Source: an uncultured Clostridia bacterium (GTDB taxonomy: Bacteria; Bacillota; Clostridia; Christensenellales; UBA1242). From it: a stretch of 36,918 bases of DNA. The notes below the pieces were generated by a model. That model had not been told where the DNA came from. It did not search any database and saw only the letters and a list, made by a program, of their open reading frames with translations. Of this stretch, positions 8,270-14,197 are shown in pieces. The stretch's first letter is position 1; each line of letters starts with the position of its first letter. Both the position numbers and the translations under genes were made by a program. Location: positions 1 to 36,918 of the forward strand of contig CALWTO010000014.1 of NCBI GenBank assembly GCA_944384485.1, read 5' to 3'.

Positions 8270-9649
8270 ATGAAAAATAAAGAAAATCAAAATATGCCTA
8301 ATCAAGAAAGCTTGATTGAACAGCAAAATGCAAATTTGCTACAGTCAAGCAACGAAGAAAATGTGACAACAAAGAAAAAAACAAAAAAAGAAAAATCAAA
8401 AATAATTGAAAATCAACCATCAAATAATGCCAAAACAGAAAGAATTCTTTCAATCGATAGATTTAGAGGATTATGTATGTTTCTTATGGTTTGCTCTTTT
8501 ATTTTACCAATTTTCTCATGTTTTAACTTTCTTGCTCCAATTGTAGAACATGGAGATGCTGGTTTCCAAGTTTTACCAGGAATTTCTTTTGCAGATTTAT
8601 TCGCTGCAATGTTTATTTTTGTAATTGGATTAACAATTGTGAAAAGTTTTAAGTCAAGGGAAAGTAAATTTGGTACTAGAAGAGCGTATTTACAACTTGC
8701 TGTCAGATTTTTATGTTTAATTGGACTTGGTTTGCTTTTCAATGGGTTTGAAAATGCTTGGGTGGATATCTTCTTGGGCGATTCAACATTTGCAGATCTT
8801 TCTATACAATTGAAAATCTATGCTGTAGGATTTTGGATTGCTATTGCTTTAGCAATTGTTCTTCTTGTTTCAAAATTTGTTAAAAATGAAAAATTTAAAG
8901 TTGTAGCAAGCTCTTTATTTAAATATTTTGTTGCAATTATTGGAATATGTGGTTTATTCTTCATTTTGGTTGCAACTGCAGAGAAAGTTACACCACCAGT
9001 AGATGGCAATAGATTTGGTGGTTGGGAGTGGGACACTCTTCAAAATATTGGACTAGCAGGACTTTTAGCTCTTCCATTTATTAGATTTGATAAATGGGGT
9101 AGATTAATTATAGTTGGTATTACATTTACAGCGTTAACCATTCTTATGCAAGCAGGACTTTTCCCACTTGCAAACTCAATTCTTGAAGGTGGAATAATAG
9201 GTGGATTCTGCTGGGCTTCAATTCTTTTAATGGGCTCTGTTTTTGCAGAATTAAAAGATGACAATAAAAAATATTGGATTCTTTCTTCATTATTTCTTCT
9301 TTTAAGTGTTATTTTAATCGTTTCTTTTAACGTTACTGCAGCAAAAAGAGGTTGCACTCCAGTTTATGCAATATTCTGTATCTCAATTTCATCTATGGTT
9401 TGGGCGGGACTTAATCAACTTAACAACTGGAAACCAAAATTTGATTTCTTTGCAATTTGGGGAAGCAATGCAATTCTTACTTATATTTCAACTATATTTG
9501 TAGTGGGAATGATATTTGGAGGACTATTGGGCGAACAATTAGTAAATCTTTCTATTTGGGCAGCTCTCCCTATAGTAATTGCTTTCTTGGCTGGATTTAC
9601 AGTGATGAATTGGTTGCTTAAGAAAAATAATAAATATATTAGAATATAA
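8270..9649 (+). CDS. Multipass membrane acyltransferase-like protein (HGSNAT/DUF1624-DUF5009-like), paralog 2
   Basis: AAAGGAG RBS (8257-8263) sits 6 nt before ATG 8270; the track start at 8264 abuts the RBS. Motifs shared with paralog 1: RILSIDRFRGLCMF, LPGISFADLFAAMFIFVIGLT, TLQNIGLAGLLALPF, EGGIIGGFCW. Confidence 0.6.
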   Translation: MKNKENQNMPNQESLIEQQNANLLQSSNEENVTTKKKTKKEKSKIIENQPSNNAKTERILSIDRFRGLCMFLMVCSFILPIFSCFNFLAPIVEHGDAGFQVLPGISFADLFAAMFIFVIGLTIVKSFKSRESKFGTRRAYLQLAVRFLCLIGLGLLFNGFENAWVDIFLGDSTFADLSIQLKIYAVGFWIAIALAIVLLVSKFVKNEKFKVVASSLFKYFVAIIGICGLFFILVATAEKVTPPVDGNRFGGWEWDTLQNIGLAGLLALPFIRFDKWGRLIIVGITFTALTILMQAGLFPLANSILEGGIIGGFCWASILLMGSVFAELKDDNKKYWILSSLFLLLSVILIVSFNVTAAKRGCTPVYAIFCISISSMVWAGLNQLNNWKPKFDFFAIWGSNAILTYISTIFVVGMIFGGLLGEQLVNLSIWAALPIVIAFLAGFTVMNWLLKKNNKYIRI

Positions 9650-9685
9650 ACTTATTGTTAAAATTTTCTTCGATTAGTAAAAAAG

Positions 9686-9720
9686 AGCCATAGTAAAATC
9701 TATGGCTTTTATATTTTTTT
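9686..9720 (+). terminator. Rho-independent terminator ending the ligase-acyltransferase operon
   Basis: AGCCATAG (9686-9693), loop TAAAAT, CTATGGCT (9700-9707), then TTTATATTTTTTT. Confidence 0.65.
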
Positions 9721-9783
9721 GAATTCTACAATATTTGACATATTTTAACATTTTTATTCATAGGTTATCGCATGGAGGCATCT

Positions 9784-10041
9784 ATGAATAAAGATTTGCT
9801 GGAAAGAGTGTCAATGCTTGCAAATCATATTCTTTCCACTCATGATACTATAAGAAAAACTGCAAAAATTTACGGGCTTAGCAAAAGTACTGTGCACAAT
9901 GATATTTCAAAAAAATTATATAAGACCGATCGAATTTTGTATTTAAAAATTCATCAAATTCTCGATGTAAATTTTGCAGAAAAACATATAAGAGGTGGAG
10001 AGGCGACTAAACAAAAATATGCAAAAAATAAAACTTGTTAG
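9784..10041 (+). CDS. spoIIID: SpoIIID-family sporulation transcriptional regulator (HTH)
   Basis: GGAGG (9774-9778) lies 5 nt before ATG 9784. TIRKTAKIYGLSKSTVHNDISKKL and AEKHIRGGEATKQKY closely match the B. subtilis SpoIIID blocks VSKSTVHKDL and IRHLRGGEATK. The gene ends in TAG. Confidence 0.8.
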   Translation: MNKDLLERVSMLANHILSTHDTIRKTAKIYGLSKSTVHNDISKKLYKTDRILYLKIHQILDVNFAEKHIRGGEATKQKYAKNKTC

Positions 10042-10050
10042 CCAAGTTTT
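10030..10050. terminator. Weak AT-rich hairpin shared by the convergent spoIIID and fba ends
   Basis: AAAACTTG (10030-10037), loop TTAGC, CAAGTTTT (10043-10050), with T-runs on both sides. There are only 2 G-C pairs, so strength is doubtful. Confidence 0.35.
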
Positions 10051-10978
10051 ATTTTTTATTTTTAGAATTTAATGTTTTTTCTATTTTTTCACTTATAATT
10101 TCTTCCGCTTTCATTCTGCCTTTTGCCAAATATTTTCTTGGATCAATTTCTATTTTGTTTTCTGCTAACACTTTTCTTGTTTCGCTTGAAAAGGAAAGTC
10201 GAATATCTGAATCAGTGTTTATTTTTACAACATTATGCTTTTGTACTGCCTCTTTTAACAAATCTTCATCAACACCTATTGCCTTTTTAATTTTCCCTCC
10301 AAATTTGTTGTAAGTTTTAATAAGTTCTTGATTAATTGTAGATGCCCCATGTAAAACTATTGGTAATGAAGGCAACAATTTTTCAATTTCAGTAAGTATG
10401 TCTAATCTTAATGTTGGGGTTTTGGTGTATTTGTTGATGCCATGTGAAGTGCCTATCGCAACAGCCAACATGTCAACTTTTGTTTCTGTTGCAAAATCAC
10501 AAGCCTGTTTTGGTGAAGTGTAAACATTATTTTTTGCTGAAATATTATCTTCAACTCCTTTAATCTGACCTATTTCTCCTTCAACCAAAACGCCTTTTTT
10601 GTGAGCATAATCAACGACCTTTTTGGTCAATTTTACATTTTCTTCAAAACTCAAATTGCTATCGTCAATCATCACACTGTCAAATCCAAGGTCGACAGCC
10701 TTTTTACAAACGTCAAAAGTTTTTCCATGGTCAAGATGTAAAAACAATGCAGGAAATTGTTTTTTACAAGCATTAAACAGTGCGATTGTAAATTCTTCTC
10801 CCATATATTTCAATGCACTTTCGGAGACAGCGACAATGGCTGGGCTATTTGTTTTTTTACAAGCGGTTAAAATTGATTGCAAACTTTCCATGTTGCAAAA
10901 ATTAAAAGCACCTAATGAAAATTTTTGTTTTAAGGCTTTGTTAAGATAAAATTTCAAATCTTTTTTTGTTTTTTCCAT
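10049..10978 (-). CDS. fba: Class II fructose-bisphosphate aldolase family protein
   Basis: FSLGAFNFCNMESLQ, LHLDHGKTFD, DSVMIDDS, LVEGEIGQIKG, AVAIGTSHG, LVLHGAST: the typical class II ketose-bisphosphate aldolase metal and substrate motifs. Confidence 0.85.
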   Translation of the reverse strand: MEKTKKDLKFYLNKALKQKFSLGAFNFCNMESLQSILTACKKTNSPAIVAVSESALKYMGEEFTIALFNACKKQFPALFLHLDHGKTFDVCKKAVDLGFDSVMIDDSNLSFEENVKLTKKVVDYAHKKGVLVEGEIGQIKGVEDNISAKNNVYTSPKQACDFATETKVDMLAVAIGTSHGINKYTKTPTLRLDILTEIEKLLPSLPIVLHGASTINQELIKTYNKFGGKIKKAIGVDEDLLKEAVQKHNVVKINTDSDIRLSFSSETRKVLAENKIEIDPRKYLAKGRMKAEEIISEKIEKTLNSKNKK

Positions 10979-10984
10979 AAAAAA

Positions 10985-11013
10985 ATTTTAACACATTTTT
11001 TACATAATTCCAA
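10985..11013 (-). promoter_or_regulatory. Sigma-70-type promoter (extended -10) for fba, with leaderless geometry
   Basis: The minus strand reads TTGGAA (11013-11008), 17-nt spacer ending in TGt, TAAAAT (10990-10985), TTTTTT, then ATG (10978). No Shine-Dalgarno. Confidence 0.5.
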
Positions 11014-11040
11014 CATATTTTACATGTGAAAGGAGTTTTT

Positions 11041-11703
11041 ATGAAGAAATCGTTGTTGTTTTTATTTATATTAATTTTGCCAGTAATCCTTGTGGGTTGT
11101 GGTAGTAAGATATTTAATTTAAGTGATTACATGAGTGAAATCACAACAAGCTATTATCAAGGAGAAAATGAAAACTTTAATGCTAGTATAAGCGTGGGGC
11201 AACGAGAAATTAACTACAAAGTCGATGGCAAACATGGACCAGATTGTGATTTTTCTTTGGTAGAAGTTAAATTTTCATCTTTAAAAGAAGAACTTGGTTT
11301 AGATATCGAAGTAATTATAGACGGGCAAGAAAACGATTTGTTTTTAGAATATGTTCCTTTGCATAACACTTTTATGGGTGATTTGGGGTTTGCGATAAAA
11401 TCAGGAAGCAAAGTTGCTATAAAAATTGGTGACGAAACACTAAATTTGAGCCAGGTAAGTGAAAATTTTACAGTCGATTATAACAAAGCTTTAGATATTG
11501 CCAAATTACAACTTATAGATGAAATTTCTTCTTACAATATCAATGGGCAATTTAATGCAGAGGGGTATTTAAAACTTCTAAATAAAGAAGGGGAAAGTTT
11601 TAATCAACTTTTCTGGTGTTTTACTTTGGTTGGAAGTGATGGATTGAAATTTGACGTTGTAATAGATGCAAATACAGGCGAAGTAATTGGAGTTAATATT
11701 TAA
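11041..11703 (+). CDS. Lipoprotein, function unknown (PepSY-like C-terminal end)
   Basis: AAAGGAG RBS before ATG 11041; the track GTG at 11026 overlaps the RBS. Signal MKKSLLFLFILILPVILVGC with a canonical LVGC lipobox. The C-terminus DVVIDANTGEVIGVNI resembles a PepSY ending. Confidence 0.7.
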   Translation: MKKSLLFLFILILPVILVGCGSKIFNLSDYMSEITTSYYQGENENFNASISVGQREINYKVDGKHGPDCDFSLVEVKFSSLKEELGLDIEVIIDGQENDLFLEYVPLHNTFMGDLGFAIKSGSKVAIKIGDETLNLSQVSENFTVDYNKALDIAKLQLIDEISSYNINGQFNAEGYLKLLNKEGESFNQLFWCFTLVGSDGLKFDVVIDANTGEVIGVNI

Positions 11704-11709
11704 TTTAAG

Positions 11710-11738
11710 TTGTCAAGTAAAACAAATTATGGTATAAT
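11710..11738 (+). promoter_or_regulatory. Sigma-70-type promoter (extended -10) for hflX, with leaderless geometry
   Basis: TTGTCA (11710-11715), 17-nt spacer ending in TGg, TATAAT (11733-11738), 6 nt (AAACTC), then ATG 11745. No Shine-Dalgarno. Confidence 0.6.
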
Positions 11739-11744
11739 AAACTC

Positions 11745-12848
11745 ATGAAAAATATTTATGAAAATAAAAAAATTCAAGAAAATGCAATTTTGATTGTTGT
11801 CTGTTCTAAAAAAAGCGACAACAAAGAAAGAAAAATTGATGAAATTGCTAGGCTTTCTACCACAGCAGGATTAAATGTGGTAGAAAGTTTTTATCAAAAT
11901 ATAAAAGATTTTAACCGATCTACTGTTATCGGAAAAGGTAAAGTGGAAGAAATAAAAAATTATATTGAAAATTCTCAAGAAAAAATTAATGTAGCTGTTG
12001 TTGATTATCCATTGACAGGGTCACAAGTAAAAAATCTTGAAAATGAATTTGGTGTGAAGGTTATTGATAGGGTGGGAATCATAATTGATATTTTTGCACA
12101 AGGTGCTCAAAGCAAAGAGGCAAAATTGCAGGTTAAACTTGCTCAAAATCTTTATATTTTGCCACGACTTTCTCAAATGCAAGGCTCGAGTGGACGTTTT
12201 GGTGGTGTCGGTGTCGGAATGAGAGGGCCTGGAGAAAGTAAATTGGAACTAAACAGGCGTATTATTGAAAAAGAAATTGATAGTTTGAAAAAACAAATTG
12301 AAAAAATAAAAACACAAAGACAGGTTTCTAGAAAAGAAAGATTGAATTCTTCTCTTGCAAAAATTGCTTTGGTAGGTTATACAAACTCTGGAAAAAGTTC
12401 GCTTTTAAATTTGCTTACCAAAGAAAATATTTATGCAGATGACAAATATTTTGCTACTCTTGATACTACAAGTAGAAAATTATATTTGGGAGAAGGCAAC
12501 TATGCTTTTTTAACTGATACAGTTGGGTTTATTTCTGATCTTCCGCACCAACTTGTCGATGCGTTTTCTTCAACTCTTGAAGAATCTGTTGACGCAGATT
12601 TACTTTTGCATGTTGTCGATGTATCGTTGCAAAAGAAAGATGGCGACAAAAAAGAATATCAAGTAAACATTGATGTAACAAATAAGTTGTTAGATGAAAT
12701 TGGTGCAACAAAAAATCGTATAGTTGTTTTAAACAAATGTGATAAACTTGAAACTCCTATTGAAATTCATGATAATGAAATTTTAATTTCAACAAAAAAT
12801 GGTAAAGGGATAGAGAGATTGATTTCAATAATAAAAGAAAAAATATAA
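11745..12848 (+). CDS. hflX: GTPase HflX
   Basis: HflX N-domain (AILIVV…, AKLQVKLAQ…LPRL, GPGESKLELNRR) and G-domain motifs GYTNSGKSSL, DTVGF, NKCD. Confidence 0.9.
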   Translation: MKNIYENKKIQENAILIVVCSKKSDNKERKIDEIARLSTTAGLNVVESFYQNIKDFNRSTVIGKGKVEEIKNYIENSQEKINVAVVDYPLTGSQVKNLENEFGVKVIDRVGIIIDIFAQGAQSKEAKLQVKLAQNLYILPRLSQMQGSSGRFGGVGVGMRGPGESKLELNRRIIEKEIDSLKKQIEKIKTQRQVSRKERLNSSLAKIALVGYTNSGKSSLLNLLTKENIYADDKYFATLDTTSRKLYLGEGNYAFLTDTVGFISDLPHQLVDAFSSTLEESVDADLLLHVVDVSLQKKDGDKKEYQVNIDVTNKLLDEIGATKNRIVVLNKCDKLETPIEIHDNEILISTKNGKGIERLISIIKEKI

Positions 12849-12850
12849 AA

Positions 12851-12878
12851 ACAGCAATTTAAAAATTGCTGTTTTTTT
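12851..12878. terminator. Bidirectional terminator between the convergent hflX and DUF1858 genes
   Basis: ACAGCAAT…ATTGCTGT hairpin (12851-12872), flanked by an A-run upstream and T7 downstream. Confidence 0.65.
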
Positions 12879-13080
12879 AATGTTTTAAGTTATACTGTTC
12901 ATTTAATTTTTCAAGCAAGAAGTCAAGCTCTATTCCATGTGCAGAAGCGGCTTGCTCAATGGTTTCTGCTTCTCCTATATGGCAAAGAACGCAAAACATT
13001 CCAAATCCCATTAAGACTTCTGCTAAACTTTCATCTAGTTCTAGTAGTTCTTTTATTGTCATATTTTTTGTGATTTTCAT
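12877..13080 (-). CDS. DUF1858 / hybrid-cluster-protein-associated redox disulfide domain protein
   Basis: GGAG RBS before ATG at 13080; the track start at 13152 lacks an RBS. MKITKNMTIKELLELDESLAEVLMGFGMFCVLCHIGEAETIEQAASAHGIE fits the Gm.C.gC…tieeAa..hGi pattern. Confidence 0.7.
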   Translation of the reverse strand: MKITKNMTIKELLELDESLAEVLMGFGMFCVLCHIGEAETIEQAASAHGIELDFLLEKLNEQYNLKH

Positions 13081-13099
13081 ATTTTTTCTCCTATGAAAG

Positions 13100-13128
13100 A
13101 ATATAAAATCTTTTTTAAAAAAAGTCAA
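13100..13128 (-). promoter_or_regulatory. Sigma-70-type promoter for the DUF1858 gene
   Basis: The minus strand reads TTGACT (13128-13123), 17-nt spacer, TATATT (13105-13100), then a 19-nt leader containing GGAG. Confidence 0.55.
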
Positions 13129-13230
13129 TTGTTTTTTCACACAAGTAATCAATTAGTTTTACAAAAAATCTATTTTGTCTTTTTTTGTCGATTGGTTATT
13201 TTTTACATTACACAAAAATAAGATTATAAC

Positions 13231-13947
13231 ATGGAAAAGTTAAGTCAAATTATTTCAAAAAGAGTTATATCTATAAATGATGCCTGCAACGTTGGATATG
13301 TTTTAAATGTTGTTTTTGATGAAAATTATAACTATATAATCGGTTATATTATAAATGATGAAGAAAGTGAAGTTGAAAAGTATTTGGCTGTTGAAGATGC
13401 AGTTGTGTTGAGTGATGAAGGAGTCTTTATTCAATCTGTTTTTTCTATGCAAAATTTAAATGTTGAAAGCCAAAATAATCCTATTGGAAAAATGGTTTAC
13501 GATAAAAAAGGTGTTTGTTTGGGAAGGGTTGAAGAATGTTTTTTAGAGCACAATAAACTTATAAAATTGCAAACTAATTGTTGCGAAATAATGCAAAAAA
13601 ATATTTATTCGATTGGAAAAGATTTTGTGATTTTTGAGAAAAATAAAAAAAATAATAAAAGAAGTATGAAAAAATATACAAAAAAAATAAATTTTAATAA
13701 AATTGATCAAAAAGTAGAAATTTTAAGTAAAATAAATAATCAAGAAAAAACATCAAATTTTTCAAATAATTTGCCAATTAAAACTTATGCTAATAAATCT
13801 CTATTAATGGGGAAAATACTAACAAATGACATTTTGGGATTTAATAATAAAATAATTGAAAAAAAAGATGAAAAAATAACTGAAAAAATAATAAAAAAAG
13901 CAATTAATCATAATAAATTAAATTTTTTATTTTTTTGTTCAAAATAA
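13231..13947 (+). CDS. PRC-barrel domain protein (YlmC/YmxH-like N-terminus) with a K/N-rich low-complexity tail
   Basis: The N-terminus SKRVISINDACNVGYVLNVVFDENYNYIIGYIIND resembles YlmC/YmxH PRC barrels, and a second similar unit follows (IGKMVYDKKGVCLGRVEECFLE). The C-terminal ~100 aa are K/N-rich. No clear RBS. Confidence 0.5.
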   Translation: MEKLSQIISKRVISINDACNVGYVLNVVFDENYNYIIGYIINDEESEVEKYLAVEDAVVLSDEGVFIQSVFSMQNLNVESQNNPIGKMVYDKKGVCLGRVEECFLEHNKLIKLQTNCCEIMQKNIYSIGKDFVIFEKNKKNNKRSMKKYTKKINFNKIDQKVEILSKINNQEKTSNFSNNLPIKTYANKSLLMGKILTNDILGFNNKIIEKKDEKITEKIIKKAINHNKLNFLFFCSK

Positions 13948-13950
13948 TTA

Positions 13951-13977
13951 AACAATGTTTTATGCATTGTTTTTTTT
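13951..13977 (+). terminator. Rho-independent terminator after the PRC-barrel gene
   Basis: AACAATG (13951-13957), loop TTTTATG, CATTGTT (13965-13971), then a T-run. Confidence 0.6.
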
Positions 13978-14005
13978 ATTTTTTTATTTTTTTTATTTTA
14001 TTTTA
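13970..14005. repeat. Array of T-tracts (T8A, T7A, T8A, T4A, T4A)
   Basis: Read directly from the sequence: T-runs are interrupted by single A residues at 13978, 13986, 13995, 14000 and 14005. Confidence 0.5.
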
Positions 14006-14197
14006 TAAATAAAATATTTTTTGAAAATTATATGAAAAGTTGTTTAATCGTTTGTATTTTTGTCGCTAATTGTAGTAAAATAAATTTAGAAAACTTAAAT
14101 CAATTATTGTCTTGGTAAACGTTAAGAAAAAATTTTTGTTTTTAATAGTTTTCATTTTACATAGAGTCTAGCAATTTTTATTTTGTGTGAGGTTGTT

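Noticed and set aside
8413-9357. Three minus-strand ORFs (8413-8742, 8818-9036, 9040-9357) inside acyltransferase paralog 2. Plus-strand ORFs at 10035-10313 and 10623-10949 are antisense to fba.
   Set aside because: These are shadow ORFs within genes whose sense-strand products carry clear family motifs.
14040-14049. 10-nt direct repeat TTGTTTAATC in both flanks of the VirB4/giant-gene block (14040-14049 and 27391-27400), considered as possible att or target-site duplication.
   Set aside because: A single 10-mer match between two AT-rich intergenic regions of about 230 and 350 nt is roughly what chance predicts. The similarity decays immediately beyond it, and no integrase is present.
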